A DNA stretch of 61,490 nt, filler included. It is 7 parts of 7 records of this genome, joined end to end, with 100 filler letters (N's around TTAATTAATTAA, not from the genome) between each part and the next. Parts side by side here need not be neighbours in the genome. Positions count along the whole stretch, not along the records: positions 1 to 11,720 come from SRR31156797_15839; positions 11,821 to 20,475 come from SRR31156797_15864; 5 more parts are not named here. The stretch is one strand, 5' to 3'. The notes beneath the pieces were generated by a model that saw only the letters and a program-made list of their open reading frames with translations, had not been told where the DNA came from and ran no database searches. Numbering within the stretch: the first letter of the stretch is position 1; each line of letters begins with the position of its first letter. Positions 10,101 through 18,670 of this stretch are shown in pieces. A program made the position numbers and the translations under genes.

Positions 10101-11440
10101 AAACCACCATGGGTAGTTTTTATATCTCCTAATAATACTTTGGTTGCTTTTAACGGTCCTAGCAGGTTTGCATCCGGATCGAATCTTTTTAAAGTGAATT
10201 TTGTGTCATCAAATTGTTCGGATTTATTTACGGTTGTATAAAGTTCAGCGGTCATTTTGCCGAAATCACCAACCGAGTGAATACTTAAGTTGGGATTAAA
10301 GTTGTTTTTGGCGTTTGAGTCGGTCGAGTATGAATTTTTCAGGTTGAGATCAATAATAGGAAAGCTGAACAGCTTGTATTCGGAATATTCACGTGGAAAA
10401 ACGGTTCCACGGCCTTCAACTGAATTTATTTGCCCCAAATTATTTGTTCTTTCCAATCTTGCCTGGAAAGGGAGTTTCTCCCAGGGTTGAATGGATACAG
10501 ATTGATCTGAAAATTTGTAATTAAAATCCACAGGGAACCATTGAGAAAGCAGATTGGTATCAACATAGAGCTCTCCTTCGACAAGTTCCACACTATCTGG
10601 AGGAATTTTTGTTGTTTTTCCATCAACCGTAACTTCATTTTTTCCTGTATCAAGGGAAAACGTCTTTTCTTCGGTAATAAACCAGCCATTTGCCGTGCCC
10701 TTTTCTCCGTCAGTTTCAATGCTGAAATCCAGTGCCGTTAAAATCTCATCTAAAGAGAGAAGCAATTTGTCCGAATCTCCATATCCGCTAAGGTTGCTGC
10801 CCAACAAGTGTTTTTTATATACAACATTTATTAACAGAAAATTTTCATCGGAAATACTGAAAGGAATTTTTTCATAAAAATCAGCATTTTTAGCGAGTGT
10901 TTCTTGAGTTTCATCCACTGTTTCTGCAGTTTTATCTGCTTTCTTTGTCGGAGTGTCAATTGTTTGCGTTTGTTGTACGGCTTGAGTTGATACTGATGGG
11001 GCTGTCAGCTCTTTTAGGTTTTCAGGCTTGGCCAAATTTTCGGGAAATTGATTTTTACTATCCTCTTTTGCCTTTTCTCCGGATTTTGCCAATGTTCGAT
11101 TTCGTTGGAAAAGATCGGAACTATCGAAAAGAGAAATATTATTTTCTCTAAGTTGTTGAGTCAGGTTGTCAAAAACAGACCAGTCGATGGATTGACCGGA
11201 TTTCGCCTGTTGTAGAAAATGATGGCGTTTTAATATAATGTCGGCCGTTTTGACGGCAAGTTCGTCATCTCTTTGACATAGTTTTATCCAATTTTCAAAC
11301 TGGGATGTTGAGCGCAGTAGTGTTTCGGCTTTGGAAAGCTTTAATTCTTTTGAGAATAGAGTGCTGTTGGATCTACCAATAGAGCGCATAGCTGGATTGC
11401 TCATGCTCTTTGTTGTATTGGTATTTGAAATATTCTCCAT
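7184..11440 (-). CDS. Large usher-like outer-membrane protein with SdrD-B/carboxypeptidase-regulatory-like modules and three C-terminal SPOR repeats
   Basis: Usher plug-like 'FEGPLPPGWDVELYRNN...YGKNDFKLLFYGPQGQ'; amphipathic beta-rich middle; 'VYHDKNLNAVFDEGDE'; 'SEHDGFYYFQKVFPGKYTV'; three repeats of 'HLxS(Y/F)RT...(V)DLG..KG.W.R..G'; RBS AGGAG just upstream of the ATG. Confidence 0.7.
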   Translation of the reverse strand: MENISNTNTTKSMSNPAMRSIGRSNSTLFSKELKLSKAETLLRSTSQFENWIKLCQRDDELAVKTADIILKRHHFLQQAKSGQSIDWSVFDNLTQQLRENNISLFDSSDLFQRNRTLAKSGEKAKEDSKNQFPENLAKPENLKELTAPSVSTQAVQQTQTIDTPTKKADKTAETVDETQETLAKNADFYEKIPFSISDENFLLINVVYKKHLLGSNLSGYGDSDKLLLSLDEILTALDFSIETDGEKGTANGWFITEEKTFSLDTGKNEVTVDGKTTKIPPDSVELVEGELYVDTNLLSQWFPVDFNYKFSDQSVSIQPWEKLPFQARLERTNNLGQINSVEGRGTVFPREYSEYKLFSFPIIDLNLKNSYSTDSNAKNNFNPNLSIHSVGDFGKMTAELYTTVNKSEQFDDTKFTLKRFDPDANLLGPLKATKVLLGDIKTTHGGFSGTGEDERGFRITNETINRPSNFDTTFFEGPLPPGWDVELYRNNTLLRTYRVRADGRYQFNDVALNYGKNDFKLLFYGPQGQERTETKTINIGTDFLKPGQGQYDLSLTQKNSSLYDPYETIETVDEGSLRLNAQYEHGINKNLSLTAGISSQEINSERHTFLNPGFTASYKDILFRGNLIHDIKGGNGLEATAKTNIGKTNLTVQQKYYDDLLDNSYYQTNISAGRVFKGNSILPDISTSAYYQGTERDRSRDHQLGLNLSTQIKDLYLNNVLHWEQTSTKSEKASSLEGEFKARAKLGNFSTYGYLEYKLDPNAELTKAGISNLYRFNNEITGHLDLTKDFESDDSYTATMGVDWSWDNGKYTISPGISYNSDNEATAMLNFSTSFGKKPRTNKIYASSKNIADEGALSVKVYHDKNLNAVFDEGDEIIEGASIKAKQAHRQAKTDKDGVVLISMPQAYQPTDIILEKDSLDDPFLEPLTPGRSIVPRPGHIQTMEIPVAITGEIDGTLSIETDHGWEKPLSNVKVQLVNEAGEIVQEVRSEHDGFYYFQKVFPGKYTVIIDPDNKRSEGMTKTPIEIEIGDEGDIVSGMDYFLKKENKMVTDAKTPSEFGMPPKTETSRKVDLAEKVSKATEIAESQQIPARSEVHESPSQTSLAPKHDKIDIPPIRDMGEMNKNKSQKIEPDDLIAADSQIQISNTTPLKAETDGGSPGLPKYGLHLTSYRTAEKATAGINFLMKKYKGILDNFDFTIKKVNVSEEKGVWYRVIVGSDLNKKGIEKIQETIKMSAPYCKVVNFSKDADKYNGVHLTSFRTREKALLSIKELRVQYPSLLKNTPFTIQNVDLGPKLGKWKRVVAGKFSEESNAEKLLKRIKSHSPYSKIMPVEKTNAPVIHLASYRTNTKAVEGLKLLQKEFGSMMNNENFSIRKVDLGEEKGIWHRILIGGFKGKNSAVSIKNSLNQQKQYARIMKL

Positions 11441-11492
11441 TGATCTCCTATGCCTCTGACTGGCCCTAGTATATTAGCTCGAAGATAAACAG

Positions 11493-11509
11493 AGCAATTT
11501 TAGTGCCAA
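11493..11509 (-). promoter_or_regulatory. Sigma54 (RpoN) -24/-12 promoter
   Basis: Minus strand reads TTGGCAC-TAAAA-TTGCT, an exact match to TGGCAC-N5-TTGCW, about 52 nt upstream of the 1418-aa ORF start. Confidence 0.8.
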
Positions 11510-11720
11510 AAAGGTGGTGAGGGAAAACGTGTCCCTTCGGTAGGCATGCGTAGACACTTTTTTTAAACATGCGAGGGCTTGTCAAAGGATGTGGAAGCAC
11601 AGAACTTTTGCGCTCTTTGTCAACCTATTTTGATGAGGTGTTATAATTCCAGGGCATCCAACGAGCAGGGTTATCGCATGTAAAAAATTTTGGAGGCCAG
11701 CAGAGTCTTGCCTCAATTTT

Positions 11721-11820
11721 NNNNNNNNNNNNNNNNNNNNNNNNNNNNNNNNNNNNNNNNNNNNTTAATTAATTAANNNNNNNNNNNNNNNNNNNNNNNN
11801 NNNNNNNNNNNNNNNNNNNN
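11721..11820. other. Artificial contig spacer
   Basis: 44 N + TTAATTAATTAA (stops in all six frames) + 44 N. Confidence 0.99.
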
Positions 11821-11863
11821 CCCTTTTTGTAAAAAGGGTTTAAGAATCCCCAAAACTTTTAGT
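11821..11863. repeat. Truncated palindromic REP-like element at contig edge
   Basis: CCCTTTTT-GT-AAAAAGGG palindrome followed by TTTAAGAATCCCCAAAACTTTTAGT; resembles, from recollection, interspersed intergenic repeats of Desulfovibrionaceae; position at an assembly break fits a repeat. Confidence 0.5.
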
Positions 11864-11894
11864 TTGGATTCGCCTCCAGATATGGGAAATTGAT

Positions 11895-12548
11895 ATGTTA
11901 TTGCAGAGAGAAAGAGAACTTATTGTAGAATATGGAAAGAAGCTGCTGGAATCAGGTCTGACTACCGGAACTGGTGGTAACTTAAGTGTATTTAACCGTG
12001 AGCAAAGCTTAGTGGCGATCAGCCCCAGCGCCCTGGATTACCGGCTTTCCACTCCAGAAGATATTGTGGTCATCGATCTGGATGGCAATATCAAGGATTC
12101 AAACCGCAAGCCTTCAAGTGAATACGGATTCCATACCATCCTGTACAAAGAAAGAGCAGATGTTAATGCCGTGGTTCACACACACTCTGTTTACGCAACC
12201 ACCGTGGCCTGCCTGAATATGGAACTTCCGGCAGTACATTATCTGGTCGGTTTTGCGGGCAAAAAAGTTCCCCTTGCACCGTACGCAACTTTCGGAACTC
12301 CGGAACTGGCCGAAAACGTGATCAAAACCATCGGCAACTACAATGCAGTGCTGCTCGCTAATCACGGCCTGATCACAGTGGGCCGAACCATTGGCAATGT
12401 ATTCGATGCCGCCGAGGAACTGGAGTTGGTTGCCAGAATTTACATTCAGGCCCTTTCTGTGGGCAAACCTGTTATTGTTCCTGACGACGAGATGGATAAA
12501 GTTATCGATAAATTTTCGACTTACGGACAGGCCGGAGGCAAGGATTAA
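11895..12548 (+). CDS. fucA: Class II aldolase, L-fuculose-phosphate aldolase-like (could instead be a 5-deoxyribulose-1-phosphate aldolase)
   Basis: 'TGGNLS', 'KPSSE', Zn-binding 'HTHS' and 'NHG' motifs. Confidence 0.8.
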   Translation: MLLQRERELIVEYGKKLLESGLTTGTGGNLSVFNREQSLVAISPSALDYRLSTPEDIVVIDLDGNIKDSNRKPSSEYGFHTILYKERADVNAVVHTHSVYATTVACLNMELPAVHYLVGFAGKKVPLAPYATFGTPELAENVIKTIGNYNAVLLANHGLITVGRTIGNVFDAAEELELVARIYIQALSVGKPVIVPDDEMDKVIDKFSTYGQAGGKD

Positions 12549-12550
12549 CC

Positions 12551-13162
12551 ATGGAAGCAAGCCAACTCAGCACAATTTTCGAGATCGCATTTCCCCTTTT
12601 CCTGATCATGGACCCATTGGGAAATCTTCCGGTATGCCTGTCCATGCTCCGGGAATACTCTCCCTCAAGGCAACGTAAAATCCTGCTTCGGGAACTTTTC
12701 TTTGCACTTGGAATTATTATCCTGTTTATGTATCTGGGTGCCGGACTCATGAAAATGCTCAACATCCACCAATCCACCTTGCGCATTGCGGGTGGGGTGA
12801 TCCTGTTCATCATTTCCATGAAGATGATCTTCCCCAAACCGGAAAGCGCTGCCGACGAAACAGAAAAAGATCCGTTCATCGTGCCCATTGCGGTACCGCT
12901 CTTTGCCGGACCGTCCCTGCTGGCAGCAGTTATGGTCTATGGTTCAAAAGGAGATGCTGGAGTAAATGTACTTTCCGGAGTACTGATTGCCTGGGCCATG
13001 AGCTTTATCATTATGATGACCGGACCAACCATGGCCAGAATACTGGGCAAAAGAGGACTCAGGGCCTGTGAAAGACTTATGGGCTTGATTCTTATTCTTT
13101 TATCCGTACAGATGCTTGAAGACGGAGTTGCCTACTACATTACCAATGTGCTTACTCGCTAA
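12551..13162 (+). CDS. MarC family integral membrane protein
   Basis: 'LFLIMDPLGNLP', 'RIAGGVILF', 'VPIAVPLFAGP', 'ERLMGLIL'. Confidence 0.92.
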   Translation: MEASQLSTIFEIAFPLFLIMDPLGNLPVCLSMLREYSPSRQRKILLRELFFALGIIILFMYLGAGLMKMLNIHQSTLRIAGGVILFIISMKMIFPKPESAADETEKDPFIVPIAVPLFAGPSLLAAVMVYGSKGDAGVNVLSGVLIAWAMSFIIMMTGPTMARILGKRGLRACERLMGLILILLSVQMLEDGVAYYITNVLTR

Positions 13163-13174
13163 GTGTGGCTGGGA

Positions 13175-15151
13175 CTAAAGACGTCCCAGCTCGCTAAGAC
13201 GCTCCAAAGCTTTTTCCAATTCCTCTGTACTGACTGGCTTTGCAATATAGTCATTCACATCCAGGTCAGACATTTTTTTGAAATCGCTTTCCCGTCCATA
13301 GGCGCTCATGACTATGATAGGTAGTTCCCGAACTTGTGATGAACTATTTCTAATGGAAGCAATAGCGTCAAAACCATTCATCTCAGGCATCTGCAAATCC
13401 ATGAGCACCAGATCGAACTCTTCATTTTCCATGTAATCCAAAACTTCGACCCCAGTACTCGCAGTCCGCACTAAATGCCCCCAACCTTCAAGTTTCTTAC
13501 GCATAAAAACCTGACTGCTAATATCGTCTTCGGCGAGTAGAATCCGCAGATTCTGCACGGACACGGATTCTTGTGCAGCAATCTTTTGGCCCGCAGGAAC
13601 TTTTATCCTAAAGCCTAACTCAGCTGTGACCCCATCTTCAAAATATAATTCACCGTCAATCGTTTTTGCATTCTGCTCAAGACAGCCTGAATAAGATCCT
13701 CCATCTAAAACCGGAACACACCCGTTGCCGGCAACATAAAAAGAAATTACTGAAGAATCGCCTGCAGAGGTAGAGGACTTCATTCCGGCGGTAATATCTG
13801 AATCAGGGAAAACCTCCAGACCACTATTTATTAAGCAAAACAGTGTCTGCCCAAGGATCTTGCGATTACAGATAATGGTATCAGGCACCCCCGAGCCGAG
13901 AGACAGATTAATTTTTCTATTCTGAATGGATGCCGCTGGCAAAAAAAGTTCCACGGACTTTTCAAGACAAACCTTAGGATCCAATGATTCGAACTTTTGC
14001 GAGTCAATATTTCCAGTCAGCCCATTCAAAGAAGTATTAACCACATCCTTGAACCTTTCAGCTGACACCACACATTTGTGTACATATTCCTTGGCTTCTG
14101 GAGCAAGTTCCATATGATCAAGAACGTGGAGACTGCCGATAATTCCAGCCAATGGAGTTCTCATCTCATGGCAAAGCGCCTGCATCAAAACTTCGTTACC
14201 TTCGCCCTTTGCCGGTTCAATTTTTACGGGTGTTTCCTCAATCTTCCGGGCGCAACCAACTATGGCTTCCGGCTCCCCCAGCTCATTGCGGACAAGAAAA
14301 TGACGCACATCAAGATTTAATCTCTCACCCCGTGAATTAATGGCCGGAATCTGCATTGCAAACTCAGTTCCGCCAGCTGCAATATCTCGGAGTCTTTCTA
14401 AAAACTTATCCGCAATCTGCGGGGCAAGATAATCGTAAACACTTGTTCCAACACATAATTCGGGCGCAATTCCAGCAAACTCAGCAAACTTTGTACTTAC
14501 TTTAAGAAAACTACCTTCAAGATCATGGATGAACATTGTCTCGGGAGCGTTATTCAAAGCGACCTTCAGATAACGCTGCCACCTTGCAGAATCTGCCCGA
14601 ACTCTATCTTGTTCGGAAACATCACGAACTGTACCGGCAAATCCGCTAACCCTACCATCAGCACTGTAAGTGTGTTCCAAGATATGACTTAAACGAACTT
14701 GCTTCCCATCTATAGCTGTCAGGTCCACTTCAAATCTCAAAACTCCGTTACCGGAAGCAATTTCCCTGACAATATCCTCCAGACCTCTCTCGGAATGAAA
14801 ATGTTGCAACAGACTTGAAAGCTCAACACCTGTGTCTTTTCCACAGAGGCTTTGCTCAAGATCACGACAGCTATCATCACTAAATATCAGTTTACCTTGA
14901 ATATCAGTGACATAAAAACAAGCACCGCTGTTTCTTAATACCGAGGCAGTCTGTTGAATCTGCCTAAACTGTTCTTCAGCATAGGAAGTATTGAGCCTCC
15001 AGACTGCCATAGCTAAAAGTCCTAACCCGCCAACGAAGAGGCTTAGCTTCGCCCCCCAATGTGAACTGGACAGAAAAAACCCGACACCCATAAGTAGAAT
15101 AGCTACGCTACCATATAATAAAACAAATCTTATATTCTTGGACATAACCAT
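13175..15151 (-). CDS. Membrane-anchored hybrid sensor: 2TM-PAS-PAS-HisKA-degenerate HATPase-REC
   Basis: H-box 'CHEMRTPLAGIIG'; receiver 'ILLAEDD...LVLMDLQMPEMNG...YIAKP'; N/G1/G2 boxes not recognisable. Confidence 0.8.
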   Translation of the reverse strand: MVMSKNIRFVLLYGSVAILLMGVGFFLSSSHWGAKLSLFVGGLGLLAMAVWRLNTSYAEEQFRQIQQTASVLRNSGACFYVTDIQGKLIFSDDSCRDLEQSLCGKDTGVELSSLLQHFHSERGLEDIVREIASGNGVLRFEVDLTAIDGKQVRLSHILEHTYSADGRVSGFAGTVRDVSEQDRVRADSARWQRYLKVALNNAPETMFIHDLEGSFLKVSTKFAEFAGIAPELCVGTSVYDYLAPQIADKFLERLRDIAAGGTEFAMQIPAINSRGERLNLDVRHFLVRNELGEPEAIVGCARKIEETPVKIEPAKGEGNEVLMQALCHEMRTPLAGIIGSLHVLDHMELAPEAKEYVHKCVVSAERFKDVVNTSLNGLTGNIDSQKFESLDPKVCLEKSVELFLPAASIQNRKINLSLGSGVPDTIICNRKILGQTLFCLINSGLEVFPDSDITAGMKSSTSAGDSSVISFYVAGNGCVPVLDGGSYSGCLEQNAKTIDGELYFEDGVTAELGFRIKVPAGQKIAAQESVSVQNLRILLAEDDISSQVFMRKKLEGWGHLVRTASTGVEVLDYMENEEFDLVLMDLQMPEMNGFDAIASIRNSSSQVRELPIIVMSAYGRESDFKKMSDLDVNDYIAKPVSTEELEKALERLSELGRL

Positions 15152-15351
15152 TCCTGACCTGCCTCATTGTGTTTACAAAAAACCTCAAACCACTGGCCGC
15201 AGTTCAGAGGAAGCATAGACTTACTAATATTTTCAAAACATCACAACTAATGTCTCAATAATGTGATTTAAAATCATTTCAGACTATAAATTTTGCCCAA
15301 TTATTAGAATATATCAAGCCTTCAGCAAGCTTCGCATTATTATTGAGAAAA

Positions 15352-15390
15352 CAAAAACAAAGCCCGCTTCTAGTAATAAGAAGCGGGCTT
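15352..15390 (-). terminator. Intrinsic terminator downstream of cheW
   Basis: 12-bp inverted repeat AAGCCCGCTTCT/AGAAGCGGGCTT followed on the minus strand by a U-rich tract. Confidence 0.8.
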
Positions 15391-15438
15391 CAGCGTTTTT
15401 CAATTCTCGGGTAGACCAAATCCACCGCGCAGACGAGT

Positions 15439-15987
15439 TTACAAACTCAAAGTCATTCCTTGATCGGGATTTACTTCCGGTGCAACTTCGGACGAAGGTG
15501 AATCCTGCTGAACACTCTTGAGCATGGCCAGTTCTTCAACAGATAATATTTTGTTAATATCAAGAATAATTACAAATTCATCATCCTGTTTGCCCATACC
15601 CCGGATAAATTCAGTCTTGATTGTCGTGCCCATTCTAGGTGGTTCTTCAATCATATTTTCGGTAAGCTCGATTACTTCCCTGACCGAATCAGCCAGCGCT
15701 CCCATTACCGTGCTTTCCCCGTCAAAAGTTACCTCGACGATAATAATACAAGTATTAATGGTATCCTCTGTCCGGCTCATTCCAAATTTAAGGCGCATAT
15801 CAACAACAGGAACAGCGTGCCCCCTCAAGTTGATAACTCCCCGCATAAACTTAGGCGTCCTCGGGATTCTGGTTATGGGGGTAAGTTCCAGCACCTCCCG
15901 TACGCTAGCTATATCCAACGCATAAATATCCTTATTCAAGGTAAACGTCAGATACTGGTTGGTCGTACTATTTATCTCAGCATTCAT
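15439..15987 (-). CDS. cheW: Chemotaxis coupling protein CheW
   Basis: 'QYLTFTL', 'VREVL', 'ITRIP', 'GVINLRG', 'VPVVDMR'; start moved to ATG 15987 (MNAEIN) after a purine-rich RBS. Confidence 0.93.
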   Translation of the reverse strand: MNAEINSTTNQYLTFTLNKDIYALDIASVREVLELTPITRIPRTPKFMRGVINLRGHAVPVVDMRLKFGMSRTEDTINTCIIIVEVTFDGESTVMGALADSVREVIELTENMIEEPPRMGTTIKTEFIRGMGKQDDEFVIILDINKILSVEELAMLKSVQQDSPSSEVAPEVNPDQGMTLSL

Positions 15988-16082
15988 TATTACACCTGCC
16001 TCAATTTGATCATCCCTGTACACAAAAACACTACCTAATTGCTGCAACTATATATCAAGCGAGCAAAAACAACCAGTGCTTA

Positions 16083-18095
16083 TCAGAATTTTTCAAAGTC
16101 ATTGTCTGAAAAATCACTTCCCATGTCCAGTGAGACACCGCTAACCTTTTCAGTTTCAGTCTGCGGCTGTGATTTCGGGGCAGAAACTGCCTTGACACTG
16201 GTCACCGGAGCGGAAGGTTTAGAGTGAACCACAGTCCTTGCTACGGGCAAAGCCTGAACTCTGGACCTAGGCTGATTTCTAACCCTGAAGAAACTCATAA
16301 CCTGCTGTAATTGTTCAGCCTGACTGGATAATTCTTCCGATGTGGAGGCCATCTCCTCAGATGCAGAAGCATTCTGTTGGGTCACTTGATCAAGTTGCTG
16401 CACAGCCTTGTTAATTTGCTCCGCACCGGAAAGCTGTTCACTGCTTCCTGCGGCAATCTCCTGTACAAGTTCAGCAGTCTTCTTAATATCCGGAACAAGC
16501 TGAGTCAGCATTTCGCCAGCCTTCTCGGCCACGCTTACAGTACTTGAAGAAAGTTCACCGATCTCTCCAGCAGCAGCACCACTTCGCTCGGCAAGCTTAC
16601 GCACTTCAGCCGCAACAACGGCAAACCCCTTACCATGTTCTCCAGCACGGGCAGCCTCAATTGCAGCGTTCAAAGCAAGAAGGTTGGTCTGACGGGCAAT
16701 CTCCTCAATAATGGAAATTTTTTCTGCAATATTTTTCATGGCATCAACAGCCTTAGTAACTGCTTCTCCGCCCTCTTCTGCCTGCTGAGATGATTGCAGG
16801 GCAATCTGTTCAGTCTGATGCGCATTATCTGCATTCTGCCTGATGTTAGCAGTCATTTCTTCCATGGAAGCGGAAACTTCCTCAACACTGGCTGCCTGCT
16901 CGGTGGAGGCCTGTGATAGATTCTCAGCAGTAGCGGAAAGTTCTTCACTGCCGGAAGCGACATTTTCTGATGAAATACCAACTTCACCTACAACAGCAGA
17001 TAACTTGACCACCATATCGTTTAAAGATGCCGCCAAAATCCCAATCTCATCACGCTGGTTGATCTCCAAAGTTCTGGTAAAATCACCTTGAGCCATGTGC
17101 TCAGCAAAAGAGACTCCTTCACGAATAGGCCTGGTAATTACGCGAGTCACAGTAATCGAAATTATGGCTCCAACAACCAGAGCCAACGCCAGCCCTCCCA
17201 AAATCATGGAGAAAGAAGAAGTAATTACATTCTGTGCCGAAACCTGCTGCTCATCCATCAGTACCTGACTAAGGTTCAGGGCATCTGCTCCGACCTCAGC
17301 CATGGCCGTCAACTCGGTTCCCTGAAGGTCAACTTTCTTAACAATGGAATTGAACCCGTCAAGGTAGTCACGGGCAGAACTTTCAAGTTCACCCACATTC
17401 AGATCAGAATTAGAAGCAACCCAGCTATTACCGCGAAAGTCATCGCACTGATTGATTACTGAATTCAACAGAGACCGGGTCTGCTTTACGTATTCATCCT
17501 TACCAGTACGCAGGTAGTTTGAAAAAGCAAATCTGCTGGTTATAAACTTCTTTTCAAGGTCTGAAATAGTTGAATAAGCTTCAAAAACACTCGCCATATC
17601 TAAACCGATAGACGCTCCACTCATCCCCTGTTCCATGACCTTGCTTGCGCGCTCTTCGATTCTGGAGACAGCTGAATCAAGCTTGCCAACAGCTACAACA
17701 CAATTACTTATTGCTTCGGTCTTCTCATGCTCATACTGTGCATACCGATCGAAAATTTCACCATACTTTGAGGCTTTACCGGCAACTGCGGTAACATCCT
17801 TAAGACCTTTGCCGGAAAAACTATTTTCATTAGCAAAGATATCTTTTTCAATCTCACCAATAGAAGTATAAAATTTATCTTCATATTCAGCGGTTCCCTG
17901 CAGGGTATAATAAAGAACCATCAGTCTGGAATTATACATGTTAGTAACGGCTTTACTGACGACATCGGTTCGCTTGGCTTCATCTGCAACTTTTGACAAA
18001 CCGTACCATCCGACTACACCAACAACTGCTGTCAGCAGCAAAACAACAACAAACCCCCCACCAATTTTCCATCCGAGCTTCAAATTTTTGAACAT
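16083..18095 (-). CDS. Methyl-accepting chemotaxis protein
   Basis: Two TM helices, periplasmic helical sensor, HAMP ('DEIGIL'), signalling tip '[40 protein letters not shown]', C-terminal pentapeptide 'DFEKF'; start set at ATG 18095 after AGGAG. Confidence 0.95.
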   Translation of the reverse strand: MFKNLKLGWKIGGGFVVVLLLTAVVGVVGWYGLSKVADEAKRTDVVSKAVTNMYNSRLMVLYYTLQGTAEYEDKFYTSIGEIEKDIFANENSFSGKGLKDVTAVAGKASKYGEIFDRYAQYEHEKTEAISNCVVAVGKLDSAVSRIEERASKVMEQGMSGASIGLDMASVFEAYSTISDLEKKFITSRFAFSNYLRTGKDEYVKQTRSLLNSVINQCDDFRGNSWVASNSDLNVGELESSARDYLDGFNSIVKKVDLQGTELTAMAEVGADALNLSQVLMDEQQVSAQNVITSSFSMILGGLALALVVGAIISITVTRVITRPIREGVSFAEHMAQGDFTRTLEINQRDEIGILAASLNDMVVKLSAVVGEVGISSENVASGSEELSATAENLSQASTEQAASVEEVSASMEEMTANIRQNADNAHQTEQIALQSSQQAEEGGEAVTKAVDAMKNIAEKISIIEEIARQTNLLALNAAIEAARAGEHGKGFAVVAAEVRKLAERSGAAAGEIGELSSSTVSVAEKAGEMLTQLVPDIKKTAELVQEIAAGSSEQLSGAEQINKAVQQLDQVTQQNASASEEMASTSEELSSQAEQLQQVMSFFRVRNQPRSRVQALPVARTVVHSKPSAPVTSVKAVSAPKSQPQTETEKVSGVSLDMGSDFSDNDFEKF

Positions 18096-18271
18096 CTGAT
18101 GTCTCCTATTTGCCAGACTCAACTACTACTTGACTACGATTAACTAAATAACACCATCGCTAGCATTCTACAAACAGTCACATAATCCACAATACATTCT
18201 GTTTACAGCACAAAATTGACATTTAAGATACAATTTGCATTATATTCACGAAACAACATCAATCACAAGCA

Positions 18272-18616
18272 CTACTTACTGAGATGCTCCTGAACAGCTA
18301 CTAGAACAGCCTCAAGCTCTATATGAACCTTAGGCATTAGATCTCTGGTTCTGTCCAAATCACCTTTTCGTGAGAACATCTCTACTTTTTCGGCCAGCAA
18401 TGCCATAGTATTCGCCCTTATGGTAGCTGAGATCCCTTTCAAGGCATGCGAGTATTTCACAGCAAGAGTCAGATCTCGATTTTCAACAGCCTCGGCTAGA
18501 GATTTCGTCCGTGCAGGAGCGTCTACTATATATACTTTTAATATTTCACTCCCGAGCTCCCGGTCACCACCAAGATGTTTATAGAAAGCCTGCTCATTAA
18601 AAACTACTTCAGACAT
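18272..18616 (-). CDS. Stand-alone Hpt phosphotransfer protein
   Basis: 114 aa; 'LGGDREL..EIL..Y' and 'SHALKGISATI' Hpt histidine motif. Confidence 0.88.
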   Translation of the reverse strand: MSEVVFNEQAFYKHLGGDRELGSEILKVYIVDAPARTKSLAEAVENRDLTLAVKYSHALKGISATIRANTMALLAEKVEMFSRKGDLDRTRDLMPKVHIELEAVLVAVQEHLSK

Positions 18617-18670
18617 GGTCTGCCCTCCGCTATTGTAATAATTCCAGACTAGCTTTTAGCATAATCAAGA

